Shown here in pieces: positions 48,201-57,613 of a DNA stretch of 64,000 nucleotides (position 1 is its first letter; every line of letters starts with the position of its first letter). Under the pieces are notes generated by a model, which worked only from the letters and a program-made list of their open reading frames with translations, ran no database searches and was not told where the DNA came from. The stretch lies in the sequence record OR999189.1, one strand, 5' to 3'. The position numbers and the translations under genes are program-made. Source of the stretch: Enterobacteria phage P922.

Positions 48201-48494
48201 ATGAAAAAATTTGTTTTTGCTGCAATTTTTGCTTTGGCTTCTTGTACTGCTCAGCCTGCTATGGCAGGTTATGATAAAGATTTGTGCGAATGGTCTATGA
48301 CTGCAGATCAGACTGAGGTTGAAACTCAGATTGAAGCAGATATTATGAATATCGTTGAGCGTGATCGCCCTGAAATGAAAGCTGAAGTACAAAAACAGCT
48401 TAAATCTGGTGGTGTAATGCAGTATAATTATGTTCTGTATTGCGATAAAAACTTCAATAATAAAAATATCATCGCTGAAGTGGTAGGTGAATAA
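48201..48494 (+). CDS. sp: Spackle-like periplasmic protein (61.3 position)
   Basis: 97 aa with signal peptide MKKFVFAAIFALASCTAQPAMA; size and position match T4 Sp. Confidence 0.65.
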   Translation: MKKFVFAAIFALASCTAQPAMAGYDKDLCEWSMTADQTEVETQIEADIMNIVERDRPEMKAEVQKQLKSGGVMQYNYVLYCDKNFNNKNIIAEVVGE

Positions 48495-49120
48495 TGCTTT
48501 ATCAAATGCACAAGTGCAAAGACACGTACAAATATAAAGGTGCCCAGTGTTATATCATTAATCGTGAAAACGCAGGTCCAGGTCATTCGCATCAATCGCG
48601 GTTTGTATTCGTTAAAAACAACGAAATTATAGCAGTTGCTAATTACATGCTTGCGACTAGTGATGTTAATCCGGTGCCTTTCACATATTATAATCTAATG
48701 GACTTGGCGTACGATTATAATTGGTTTAATCATGATAATTTGGCTCATATTGAAGGCGTAGGATTTGACATCTCTTATTCTAGTTACTCGTTGTGTCCTA
48801 TGAGCCGAGCTCATAAAGAGCCTGAATATTTTTCATTTCGTCGGCGTGTAGACTTTGAACGCAGCACAGAGTATATCGGTGGAATCTTTGTTAAAGATAA
48901 TCGAATTACTCGCATTATTTATCCTTTGGGCTGTGGTCAAAAAGATATTGATGTTGATTTAGACTTTACTGAAAACATCATTAATCATATTGCTTCTGTG
49001 TATTTTGATATTGATCATAAAATTGTAATATGTGGATATGAATTACCATCAGAAAAACAGTCTAAAGTGAATGTTTCTATTGATGACCAAATTTTTAATG
49101 CTTTTATGAATAGAGGTTAA
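48494..49120 (+). CDS. hypothetical protein (61.2 position)
   Basis: ORF track; 208 aa. Confidence 0.55.
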   Translation: MLYQMHKCKDTYKYKGAQCYIINRENAGPGHSHQSRFVFVKNNEIIAVANYMLATSDVNPVPFTYYNLMDLAYDYNWFNHDNLAHIEGVGFDISYSSYSLCPMSRAHKEPEYFSFRRRVDFERSTEYIGGIFVKDNRITRIIYPLGCGQKDIDVDLDFTENIINHIASVYFDIDHKIVICGYELPSEKQSKVNVSIDDQIFNAFMNRG

Positions 49121-49121
49121 T

Positions 49122-49286
49122 ATGAAAACATATAAAGAATTTATCAAAGAAGATATGGTCGCTGGAGATTCAGGTGGTAATCCTGAAAATATCTCTATTG
49201 GAACAACGTCAGGTGCTGTAGTAAATAAAGGTCCTGAACAGATTCCTAAAAAGAAAAAAGAGGAATCTAAAGAAAAAGAAGAGTAA
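49122..49286 (+). CDS. 54-aa protein with internal-protein-like capsid targeting sequence
   Basis: MKTYKEFIKEDMVAGDSGGNPENISIGTT...KKKKEESKEKEE; below track cut-off; AGAGG RBS. Confidence 0.45.
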   Translation: MKTYKEFIKEDMVAGDSGGNPENISIGTTSGAVVNKGPEQIPKKKKEESKEKEE

Positions 49287-49288
49287 AA

Positions 49289-50317
49289 ATGTCATCAATA
49301 CCTTGGATTGATAATGAGTTTGCATATCGTGCGTTAGCTCATTTACCTAAATTCACACAAGTAAATAATAGTTCAACTTTTAAATTACGGTTTAGATGCC
49401 CTGTTTGTGGAGATTCAAAAACCGATCAAAATAAAGCCCGTGGATGGTATTATGGTGATAACAATGAAGGAAATATTCACTGTTATAACTGTAACTATCA
49501 TGCGCCAATCGGAATATATTTAAAGGAGTTTGAACCTGATTTATATCGTGAGTATATCTTTGAAATAAGAAAAGAAAAAGGTAAAAGTCGTCCAGTAGAA
49601 AAACCTAAAGAACTTCCTAAACAACCTGAGAAGAAAATAATTAAATCTCTTCCGTCATGCATTAGATTAGATAAACTGGCGGAAGACCATCCAATTATAA
49701 AATACGTAAAAGCTCGCTGTATTCCAAAGGATAAATGGAAATATCTTTGGTTTACAACCGAATGGCCTAAATTGGTTAATAGTATAGCACCGGGAACATA
49801 TAAAAAGGAAATATCTGAGCCTCGTCTTGTTATTCCAATTTATAATGCTAATGGAAAAGCTGAGTCTTTTCAAGGACGTGCATTAAAGAAAGATGCTCCT
49901 CAAAAATATATCACCATCAAAGCTTATCCTGAGGCAACAAAAATCTATGGTGTTGAACGAGTTAAAGATGGTGATGTATATGTTTTAGAAGGACCTATAG
50001 ATTCACTTTTTATTGAAAATGGTATAGCTATTACAGGTGGTCAATTAGACCTAGAAATTGTTCCATTTAAAGATAGACGTGTGTGGGTTTTAGATAATGA
50101 ACCTCGTCATCCTGATACTATTAAACGAATGACTAAATTAGTTGATGCAGGAGAAAGGGTTATGTTTTGGGACAAATCTCCCTGGAAATCAAAAGATGTT
50201 AATGATATGATTAGAAAGGAAGGTGCAACCCCTGAACAAATTATGGAATATATGAAAAATAATATTGCGCAGGGGTTGATGGCTAAAATGCGGCTATCTA
50301 AATATGCTAAGATTTAA
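49289..50317 (+). CDS. 61: DNA primase gp61
   Basis: 342 aa; N-terminal zinc ribbon CPVCGDS...CYNCNYH. Confidence 0.93.
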   Translation: MSSIPWIDNEFAYRALAHLPKFTQVNNSSTFKLRFRCPVCGDSKTDQNKARGWYYGDNNEGNIHCYNCNYHAPIGIYLKEFEPDLYREYIFEIRKEKGKSRPVEKPKELPKQPEKKIIKSLPSCIRLDKLAEDHPIIKYVKARCIPKDKWKYLWFTTEWPKLVNSIAPGTYKKEISEPRLVIPIYNANGKAESFQGRALKKDAPQKYITIKAYPEATKIYGVERVKDGDVYVLEGPIDSLFIENGIAITGGQLDLEIVPFKDRRVWVLDNEPRHPDTIKRMTKLVDAGERVMFWDKSPWKSKDVNDMIRKEGATPEQIMEYMKNNIAQGLMAKMRLSKYAKI

Positions 50318-50514
50318 ATTAACCCAACTAAAGCAAATGCTAAATCTACGAATGTATCGAGAGTAATTACTGGAATATTAACGCCATGAGCAATAGCAAT
50401 TGGTGATAAAACAAAATTCCAGAGTAAAATTCCTATCATAGCAGAAATAGTAAAAGCTATACGTTTTTTATTACCTTTTATGGCATTAACAAGTGCCATT
50501 AATTTTTGTACCAT
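50314..50514 (-). CDS. small hydrophobic membrane protein on the opposite strand
   Basis: Only minus-strand ORF lying in an intergenic gap; GGAGG 4 nt upstream of ATG on the minus strand; two hydrophobic segments. Confidence 0.5.
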   Translation of the reverse strand: MVQKLMALVNAIKGNKKRIAFTISAMIGILLWNFVLSPIAIAHGVNIPVITLDTFVDLAFALVGLI

Positions 50515-50524
50515 ATGTCCTCCT

Positions 50525-50551
50525 TATTGCTTTATATATTTATTGTATAAT
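50525..50551 (+). promoter_or_regulatory. candidate MotA-dependent middle promoter for gene 56
   Basis: MotA-box-like TATTGCTTTA 50525-50534, then TATAAT 50546-50551. Confidence 0.4.
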
Positions 50552-50585
50552 TAATCTACTAACCCATGAATTGAAAGGAAAAATA

Positions 50586-51104
50586 ATGGCTTACTTTAAT
50601 GAATGTTCGCAACTGATCGAAGGCGCTGATAAAGCTCAAAATGAATACTGGGATATTCTCGGTGACGAAAAAGACCCACTGCAAGTTATGCTTGATATGC
50701 AGAAATCTTTGCAGGTTCGTTTAGCTAAAGATAAACCTGAATATAACCGTCATCCTGATGATTTGGCTACTGCAGGTGAAGTTGTTGATTGGCTGCGTAA
50801 TCAGAAAGATTATATTGACGATGAATTCCGTGAACTTCTGACTTCTCTTGGTGGTATGAGCAATGGTGAAAAAGATGCATCTGCTGTATGGAAGCCTTGG
50901 AAGTCGCAGCATGGTGAACGTCGTGAAACTCTGATTACTGATTTGTCTCCACAAGACCAGTTGGAAATTAAATTCGAAATGATTGATATTCTTCATTTCG
51001 TTCTGAACATGTTCCAAGGTCTCGGCCTTACTGCTGAAGAAATCTTTAAACTTTATTATCTGAAGAATGCTGAAAACTTCGCTCGTCAAGACCGAGGTTA
51101 TTAA
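50586..51104 (+). CDS. 56: dCTPase/dUTPase gp56
   Basis: 172 aa beginning MAYFNECSQLIEG; ATG 50586 within track ORF 50493..51104. Confidence 0.9.
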   Translation: MAYFNECSQLIEGADKAQNEYWDILGDEKDPLQVMLDMQKSLQVRLAKDKPEYNRHPDDLATAGEVVDWLRNQKDYIDDEFRELLTSLGGMSNGEKDASAVWKPWKSQHGERRETLITDLSPQDQLEIKFEMIDILHFVLNMFQGLGLTAEEIFKLYYLKNAENFARQDRGY

Positions 51105-51139
51105 ATATAAACGACGGCTTAAAAGCTGTGAGAATTTAT

Positions 51140-51147
51140 TATAAATA
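51140..51147 (+). promoter_or_regulatory. late promoter TATAAATA upstream of soc
   Basis: Exact TATAAATA 31 nt upstream of soc ATG. Confidence 0.6.
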
Positions 51148-51177
51148 GTCATGTAATTTAAATAAAAGGAGAATTAC

Positions 51178-51423
51178 ATGGCTAGTACTCGCGGTTATGT
51201 TAATATTAAAACATTTGAGCAGAAATTAGATGGAAATAAGAAAATTGAAGGAAAAGAAATTTCTGTAGCTTTCCCTCTTTATTCTGACGTTCACAAAATT
51301 TCTGGTGCTCATTACCAGATATTCCCTTCAGAAAAAGCAGCATATACTACTGTATACGAAGAAAATCAACGTGATGCATGGATTGCTGCAAACGAAGATT
51401 TGTGGAAAGTAACTGGTGGTTAA
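51178..51423 (+). CDS. soc: small outer capsid protein Soc
   Basis: 81 aa, MASTRGYVNIKTFEQKLDGNKKIEGKEISVAFPLYSDVHKISGAHYQIFPSEK... Confidence 0.9.
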   Translation: MASTRGYVNIKTFEQKLDGNKKIEGKEISVAFPLYSDVHKISGAHYQIFPSEKAAYTTVYEENQRDAWIAANEDLWKVTGG

Positions 51424-51431
51424 TAATTCAA

Positions 51432-51456
51432 GGACTCCTTCGGGAGTCCTTTTTTC
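51432..51456 (+). terminator. rho-independent terminator
   Basis: GGACTCC-TTCG-GGAGTCC then TTTTTT. Confidence 0.8.
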
Positions 51457-51465
51457 ATTTTACTG

Positions 51466-51495
51466 GTTTACTTTCCAAAATGAGTATGGTATAAT
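51466..51495 (+). promoter_or_regulatory. early promoter
   Basis: GTTTAC 51466-51471, TGGTATAAT 51487-51495; terminator-promoter arrangement resembles 10423-10490. Confidence 0.55.
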
Positions 51496-51521
51496 AAAAT
51501 TATCTTATAGAGGAGAGCACT

Positions 51522-51728
51522 ATGTTAAATCGTTGGATTAAACCAAATGAAGATTTAGATATTATCATTTCACGACATGTAATGAAGAAATATGAACTAC
51601 AGCCATGGTCTACAGAAGTTGTTGTACATTCATTTATGATGTACGCAGATGGTTCTGTCGAATTTAATGCAGAGATTCGATATGATTATGGTGAGAAGCA
51701 AGTTGAATTCAAGAGAGGCTTTTTGTAA
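51522..51728 (+). CDS. hypothetical small protein
   Basis: ORF track; GAGGAGAG RBS. Confidence 0.5.
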   Translation: MLNRWIKPNEDLDIIISRHVMKKYELQPWSTEVVVHSFMMYADGSVEFNAEIRYDYGEKQVEFKRGFL

Positions 51729-52066
51729 TGTTTATCTTTAATTGGTTTAAAAGTTTCTTTACGGATTTTTTCTCTACAACTCCCGGAGAAGGTGTAGTTC
51801 CTATTTCAAATGACTACCTTCCTTTAACTGTAGTTGAATATGTTTATATGGGAGATGGAACAGTAGAAGCAGTTACTATGACTTATGAAGAAGCCCAAGA
51901 ATATTATAAAAATCCTTGGCGCTGGTCAACACCTACATCATCTAATACGCAGAATACACAGTCTAGTTCTGATTCATATGACACTAATGTTCCTGTTCAT
52001 GTATGGGCAGGCGATTCGTGTGGAAGTTCTTGTGATTCTAGTTGTTCATCTACATCTTGTGATTGA
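51728..52066 (+). CDS. hypothetical protein with Ser/Cys-rich C-terminal tail
   Basis: Tail [17 protein letters not shown]; hydrophobic N-terminus. Confidence 0.45.
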   Translation: MFIFNWFKSFFTDFFSTTPGEGVVPISNDYLPLTVVEYVYMGDGTVEAVTMTYEEAQEYYKNPWRWSTPTSSNTQNTQSSSDSYDTNVPVHVWAGDSCGSSCDSSCSSTSCD

Positions 52067-52560
52067 GGAAAATTATGGAAGCGATTTTGTTTGAAATGTA
52101 TATTAGCAGTAATAGTTTGTCGTTTGCTAAAGACGTTCCAATTACCGTAGCAGTAATGATTGATAAGGGTTATTGTGACCCAATGTATCTCGTAGAAAAT
52201 TTCGTTTCAATGCCAGTTCCAGAAGATGCTGAAATAAAACTTAAAAAGATTGGTATTATTGAAACTGTGCCAAATATTCCGTTTAGAGCAATTGAAGCAT
52301 TTACTAAATCAGAATACATTAATGTTAGCGCAGAACAATATAATGATAAACCTTTATCTTTTTATTCGTATGATTCAGTATATAGTTGGAAAATAGATAA
52401 AGGAAATAAATTTATAATTGCGAGTGAAGATGCTTTATCATACTTTATTTCTTCTATATGGAATAGTTTACATCCAAATTTGCTAAAAATTCATGAATTT
52501 GATGATGCTCCTACTGTTGTTTTAGGTAAAACAAATGAAAGTTCTGAAGAAAATGCTTGA
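52063..52560 (+). CDS. hypothetical protein
   Basis: ORF track. Confidence 0.5.
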   Translation: MRKIMEAILFEMYISSNSLSFAKDVPITVAVMIDKGYCDPMYLVENFVSMPVPEDAEIKLKKIGIIETVPNIPFRAIEAFTKSEYINVSAEQYNDKPLSFYSYDSVYSWKIDKGNKFIIASEDALSYFISSIWNSLHPNLLKIHEFDDAPTVVLGKTNESSEENA

Positions 52561-52738
52561 ATGGTTCAGTAGACCAAACTCAATGTATATTGACGATGGT
52601 TGGGTTGAACAAGCAAATAAAGAAATGCAGAACGAATCAGAAGAATGGATGAAATCAATGATTGCTGCTGAGAAAGAAAAGAAATTAGAACGCTCAGCGC
52701 TTAAATTGATGAGAGACATCTATGGGGATAAATCGTGA
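52535..52738 (+). CDS. hypothetical small protein
   Basis: ORF track; overlaps previous ORF. Confidence 0.4.
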   Translation: MKVLKKMLEWFSRPNSMYIDDGWVEQANKEMQNESEEWMKSMIAAEKEKKLERSALKLMRDIYGDKS

Positions 52739-52891
52739 ACAGAGATATGACGTTAGAAGAGGCTAAAGCTAAAGCAAATGAAGCAATGGATTTGCTTCTT
52801 AAAATTGGCAGTAAAATGATGGAAGAAAATGAGAAATACATTCAGGAAAACAAAATTCCTGACGGCCCATTAGTAGGCAAGAGGAAATCAC

Positions 52892-53374
52892 ATGATTGAA
52901 GTAGCAAAACATTATTCAATAGAATTTATGTCTAAAGAAGGTAAATCAGTAAATACACTTGATAAAAAGTGCTCATTAATTATTCCTTTAGCAGAAAATC
53001 CGGATATTTTAATTAAAGATATAAAAGAAAGAAAATATCCAGAAAATGTTATTCTAATTATAAAGCATACTGAAGATATTTTGCAGAATACTGATTCACC
53101 GTTTTCTTCTTCTGAAGCTTTAACTATTAAAGGATATAAAAGAGCTCATGAATATGGTCTTTTTGACCTGTTTGAAGATGATAACGTTAAATTAGCACTT
53201 AATTTAGCAGGTCAACTTTCTAAAAGTAAAACATTCATTATTGAAGATATTAAAGATATAAATGCATTTGTTAAGATGGTCTGGGCTCATTTTGATGTTG
53301 GACTACGCTGGAGAATGTCCGAAGAAGAAAGAAAAATTATTGAAGCTAATCGTTATTTTGGTTTTTATCGCTAG
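52892..53374 (+). CDS. hypothetical protein (mrh position by order and size)
   Basis: 160 aa, upstream of modB. Confidence 0.45.
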   Translation: MIEVAKHYSIEFMSKEGKSVNTLDKKCSLIIPLAENPDILIKDIKERKYPENVILIIKHTEDILQNTDSPFSSSEALTIKGYKRAHEYGLFDLFEDDNVKLALNLAGQLSKSKTFIIEDIKDINAFVKMVWAHFDVGLRWRMSEEERKIIEANRYFGFYR

Positions 53375-53382
53375 GAATTAAT

Positions 53383-53565
53383 ATGGATTTATTTGAGATG
53401 TTAGAAGATAATCATTCTACGAATATCCAGAATGATTCTAGTGATTATAAGAAAGAGTACCGTATAGTATTACAGAATTATGGAATTGAAGCCCCAGATG
53501 CTCTTCTAGAAGAACTAGCTTCATACCATCTTGACCCTCCGCCCTGGGCTCCCTGGGCAAAATAA
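53383..53565 (+). CDS. hypothetical small acidic protein
   Basis: ORF track. Confidence 0.4.
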   Translation: MDLFEMLEDNHSTNIQNDSSDYKKEYRIVLQNYGIEAPDALLEELASYHLDPPPWAPWAK

Positions 53566-53576
53566 TTCAAAAAGTT

Positions 53577-53606
53577 GTTTACTTTCCTTCCTAACAATGA
53601 TATGAT
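53577..53606 (+). promoter_or_regulatory. early promoter
   Basis: GTTTAC 53577-53582, 18 nt, TATGAT 53601-53606. Confidence 0.5.
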
Positions 53607-53632
53607 AGCTTCTGAAGTATATGGAGGCTATC

Positions 53633-54256
53633 ATGATTATTAATCTTGCAGATGTTGAACAGTTATCTATAAAAGCTGAAAGTGTTGATTTTCAATATGA
53701 TATGTATAAAAAGGTCTGTGAAAAATTTACTGATTTTGAACAGTCAGTTCTTTGGCAATGTATGGAAGCCAAAAAGAATGAAGCTCTTCATCGGCAGTTG
53801 AATAAAATCATTAAAAAGCATTTAACTAAATCACCTTATCAGCTATATCGTGGTATATCAAAATCGACAAAAGAGCTCATTAAAGATTTACAAGTCGGAG
53901 AAGTGTTTTCAACGAACAGGGTAGATTCATTTACTACTAGTTTGCATACAGCGTGTTCTTTTTCTTATGCTGAATATTTTACTGAAACAATACTTCGCTT
54001 AAAAACTGATAAAGCTTTTAATTACTCTGACCATATCAGCGATATTATACTTTCTTCTCCTAATACTGAGTTTAAGTATACATATGAAGATACTGATGGA
54101 TTAGATTCAGAACGTACTGATAACTTAATGATGATTGTGCGTGAACAAGAATGGATGATTCCAATTGGAAAGTATAAAATAACTTCTATTTCAAAAGAAA
54201 AATTACACGATTCATTTGGAACATTTAAAGTGTATGATATTGAGGTAGTTGAATGA
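53633..54256 (+). CDS. modB: mono-ADP-ribosyltransferase ModB-like
   Basis: R-S-ExE pattern: YRGIS, STS-like region, REQEWMIP; 207 aa. Confidence 0.75.
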   Translation: MIINLADVEQLSIKAESVDFQYDMYKKVCEKFTDFEQSVLWQCMEAKKNEALHRQLNKIIKKHLTKSPYQLYRGISKSTKELIKDLQVGEVFSTNRVDSFTTSLHTACSFSYAEYFTETILRLKTDKAFNYSDHISDIILSSPNTEFKYTYEDTDGLDSERTDNLMMIVREQEWMIPIGKYKITSISKEKLHDSFGTFKVYDIEVVE

Positions 54257-54855
54257 AATATTCAGCAATGCAATTAAAAGATTTTAAAATCAAATCAATG
54301 GATGCATCGGTGCGTGCTTCTATTCGTGAAGAATTACTTTCTGAAGGATTTAATTTATCCGAAATTGAACTTTTAATTCATTGTATTACTAATAAGCCAG
54401 ACGACCACTCTTGGTTAAATGAAATAATCAAATCTCGTTTGGTTCCAAACGATAAACCTCTTTGGAGAGGTGTTCCAGTTGAGACTAAGCAGGCGTTAAA
54501 TCAAGGAATTGATATTATTACATTTGATAAAGTAGTATCAGCTTCATATGATAAAAATATAGCTCTACATTTTGCTTCTGGATTAGAATACAACACACAA
54601 GTTATTTTTGAATTCAAAGCTCCTATGGTATTTAATTTCCAGGAATATGCTATAAAAGCTCTACGTTGTAAAGAATATAGTCCAAGTTTTAAGTTTCCGG
54701 ATAGTCATCGCTATCGTAATATGGAATTAGTTTCAGATGAACAAGAAGTAATGATACCAGCTGGAAGTGTATTTAGAATTGCGGATAGATATGAGTATAA
54801 AAAGCATTCAACATACACTATCTATACTCTTGATTTTGAAGGATTTAATCTATAA
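54253..54855 (+). CDS. modA: mono-ADP-ribosyltransferase ModA-like
   Basis: Paralog of the previous ORF: WRGV, SAS, DEQEVMIP; 200 aa. Confidence 0.75.
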   Translation: MKYSAMQLKDFKIKSMDASVRASIREELLSEGFNLSEIELLIHCITNKPDDHSWLNEIIKSRLVPNDKPLWRGVPVETKQALNQGIDIITFDKVVSASYDKNIALHFASGLEYNTQVIFEFKAPMVFNFQEYAIKALRCKEYSPSFKFPDSHRYRNMELVSDEQEVMIPAGSVFRIADRYEYKKHSTYTIYTLDFEGFNL

Positions 54856-54911
54856 TGGAAGGACTTAGATTCATTATACCATGAAAGTTTTAAAGCATTT
54901 TTCATAAAGTT

Positions 54912-54941
54912 GTTTACAAGCTGAAGTAAAAATGATATAGT
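54912..54941 (+). promoter_or_regulatory. early promoter
   Basis: GTTTAC 54912-54917, 18 nt, TATAGT 54936-54941. Confidence 0.5.
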
Positions 54942-54970
54942 ATAAGTAGTTAACCGTCCGTGAGAAAAAT

Positions 54971-55717
54971 ATGAAACTGTCTAAAAATCAAATTCGTAAA
55001 ATTACACGTCGTCTAGAGCATACTCAGGCATCTGCAAAAAGACGTTCTAAAGATTTTAACTTAGACTTCAATTACATTAAGAACATTTTAGATCAAAAAG
55101 TTTGTGCTTACTCGGGAGAACCTTTTGATAATCGTATTGAAGGAGAGAAATTATCATTAGAACGTTTTGATAATAACGTTGGATACATTAAAGGGAATGT
55201 TATTGCAGTAAAGAAAAAGTATAATACATTTCGTTCTGATTATACTTTAGAAGAGTTGATTGAAAAGCGTGATTTATTTGCTTTGCGAATTGGTCGTTCA
55301 TCTGCGAAAAAAGTTCATAAACTAAATTTAGATGAAAAGAAATGGGCTAAAATCAAAAAGACTTATAATCAAATTAAAGCTATACAGAAAAAACGTGAAA
55401 ACCGAATTGAGCACATTTCTCAGCTTTCTAAATCAAAACAAACTTCTGACGTTAAGCTAACGATTATAGCACTCAAAGCTCGTATTGATGGTTCTCGTAT
55501 AGCAGAAGGCGCTGAAGTTGTTAAATTGAACGTTCTTCTTAAAGGCTCTGATTGGAAAACTGTGAAAAAGTTGTCAGAAGCAGAAATGCAATATGATATG
55601 TGTGATAAAATTATTCAGGGTGTAGAGCGGTATCAAAACTTGTCTTTTATTGATAAACTTAAACTGAAAAGAGGATACCCGCTAAATTGTTCAATTTTTA
55701 AACTTATCCGAGGATAA
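54971..55717 (+). CDS. hypothetical basic protein (srd position)
   Basis: 248 aa, between modA and dda. Confidence 0.5.
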   Translation: MKLSKNQIRKITRRLEHTQASAKRRSKDFNLDFNYIKNILDQKVCAYSGEPFDNRIEGEKLSLERFDNNVGYIKGNVIAVKKKYNTFRSDYTLEELIEKRDLFALRIGRSSAKKVHKLNLDEKKWAKIKKTYNQIKAIQKKRENRIEHISQLSKSKQTSDVKLTIIALKARIDGSRIAEGAEVVKLNVLLKGSDWKTVKKLSEAEMQYDMCDKIIQGVERYQNLSFIDKLKLKRGYPLNCSIFKLIRG

Positions 55718-55718
55718 T

Positions 55719-56030
55719 ATGTTTTATGTATATGCGATAGTGTATAGAGATAAAGATGGATTTGCGGTGCCTGTTCCTCTTGATGAACATCGTCCTGCTG
55801 TATTTTTTGAAAGGGAGATTGCTGATAAAGTATTTACCACTCTTAAAGAGCAGTATCGACTAGCTTTAGGTATGGGAATTCCTAGATTAGTCGAGACTCC
55901 ACGCAAGTTTTGGTTTAATAAAATAGAAGTTAAACATGTTAAGCCTGATGTAGACACACAAAGATTATATCAGCGAATTTTAGATACTGGGCGTATTGTT
56001 AGTATACCAATTGCAGGGAATTTACGATGA
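55719..56030 (+). CDS. hypothetical protein
   Basis: ORF track. Confidence 0.5.
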   Translation: MFYVYAIVYRDKDGFAVPVPLDEHRPAVFFEREIADKVFTTLKEQYRLALGMGIPRLVETPRKFWFNKIEVKHVKPDVDTQRLYQRILDTGRIVSIPIAGNLR

Positions 56031-57346
56031 CATTTGATGATTTGACCGAAGGCCAGAAAAATGCCTTTAACATTGTTATGAGGGCTATTAAAGAAAAGAA
56101 ACATCATGTAACTATTAATGGACCTGCTGGTACCGGTAAGACTACTCTTACTAAGTTCATCATTGAAGCTTTAATATCTACAGGCGAAACTGGCATTATT
56201 TTAGCAGCTCCTACTCATGCAGCTAAAAAGATTCTTTCAAAACTGTCAGGGAAAGAAGCGAGTACTATTCACAGTATTCTTAAAATTAACCCAGTAACAT
56301 ACGAAGAAAACGTTCTTTTTGAGCAAAAAGAAGTACCGGATTTAGCTAAATGCAGAGTATTAATCTGCGACGAAGTGTCAATGTATGATAGAAAGCTATT
56401 TAAAATTTTGCTTTCAACTATCCCGCCATGGTGTACTATAATTGGAATAGGCGATAATAAGCAAATTAGACCTGTTGACCCAGGAGAAAACACCGCTTAT
56501 ATCAGTCCATTCTTTACACACAAAGATTTTTATCAGTGTGAACTCACTGAAGTTAAACGCAGTAATGCTCCTATTATTGATGTAGCTACTGATGTTCGTA
56601 ACGGTAGGTGGATTTATGATAAAATTGTTGACGGACATGGAGTACGTGGATTTACTGGTGATACTGCTTTACGCGATTTTATGGTAAATTATTTTTCAAT
56701 CGTAAAATCACTAGATGATTTGTTTGAAAATCGTGTAATGGCATTTACGAATAAATCTGTTGATAAGTTAAATAGCATTATTCGCAAAAAGATTTTTGAA
56801 ACCGATAAAGATTTTATCGTTGGTGAAATTATTGTAATGCAGGAACCGTTAATTAAAACATATAAAATTGATGGAAAGCCTGTGTCAGAAATTATTTTTA
56901 ATAACGGACAATTAGTTCGTATTATAGAAGCAGAATATACATCGACGTTTGTTAAAGCTCGTGGTGTTTCTGGAGAATATCTAATTCGTCATTGGGATTT
57001 AACAGTAGAAACTTACGGCGATGATGAATATTATCGTGAAAAGATTAAAATAATTTCATCTGATGAAGAGCTATATAAGTTTAACTTATTTTTAGGTAAA
57101 ACGGCAGAAACTTATAAGAACTGGAATAAAGGCGGAAAAGCTCCGTGGAGTGATTTTTGGGATGCTAAATCACAGTTCAGTAAAGTGAAAGCACTTCCTG
57201 CATCAACATTCCATAAAGCTCAGGGTATGTCTGTAGACCGTGCTTTCATTTATACGCCTTGTATTCATTATGCAGATGCTGAATTGGCCCAACAACTTCT
57301 TTATGTTGGTGTAACACGTGGTCGTTATGATGTATTTTATGTATGA
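56027..57346 (+). CDS. dda: DNA helicase Dda (SF1)
   Basis: 439 aa; Walker A GPAGTGKTT, Walker B LICDEVSM. Confidence 0.95.
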   Translation: MTFDDLTEGQKNAFNIVMRAIKEKKHHVTINGPAGTGKTTLTKFIIEALISTGETGIILAAPTHAAKKILSKLSGKEASTIHSILKINPVTYEENVLFEQKEVPDLAKCRVLICDEVSMYDRKLFKILLSTIPPWCTIIGIGDNKQIRPVDPGENTAYISPFFTHKDFYQCELTEVKRSNAPIIDVATDVRNGRWIYDKIVDGHGVRGFTGDTALRDFMVNYFSIVKSLDDLFENRVMAFTNKSVDKLNSIIRKKIFETDKDFIVGEIIVMQEPLIKTYKIDGKPVSEIIFNNGQLVRIIEAEYTSTFVKARGVSGEYLIRHWDLTVETYGDDEYYREKIKIISSDEELYKFNLFLGKTAETYKNWNKGGKAPWSDFWDAKSQFSKVKALPASTFHKAQGMSVDRAFIYTPCIHYADAELAQQLLYVGVTRGRYDVFYV

Positions 57347-57352
57347 TTAAAT

Positions 57353-57613
57353 TTGAGGAAGCTATTCGTGGAAATAACTAAAGATCAGTTTTATCTTCTT
57401 CAAGATAAAGTAAGCGAAATTTATGAAATTGCTCATGGTAAAAATCGTAAAACTGTAAAAATTGAATCTAGTAAGTTGATGCTTCAATTAGAAGAAATTG
57501 AACGAGATTTAATTGCGTTAGAATTCTTTTGCGGTGAAGTGAAAACTGTTACAATCAATGATTACGTTTTAGGCGAAATTAGCTATCTTTATGAGGCGAT
57601 TATTAATGATTGA
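57353..57613 (+). CDS. hypothetical small protein, tandem paralog
   Basis: C-terminal LEEIERDLIALEFFCGEVKTVTINDYVLGEI resembles the next ORF. Confidence 0.5.
   Translation: MRKLFVEITKDQFYLLQDKVSEIYEIAHGKNRKTVKIESSKLMLQLEEIERDLIALEFFCGEVKTVTINDYVLGEISYLYEAIIND

Noticed and set aside
50493-50585. N-terminal extension of the gene 56 ORF
   Set aside because: Extension is hydrophobic, has no RBS and overlaps the minus-strand gene and promoter region; ATG 50586 gives the T4-like MAYFNE start.
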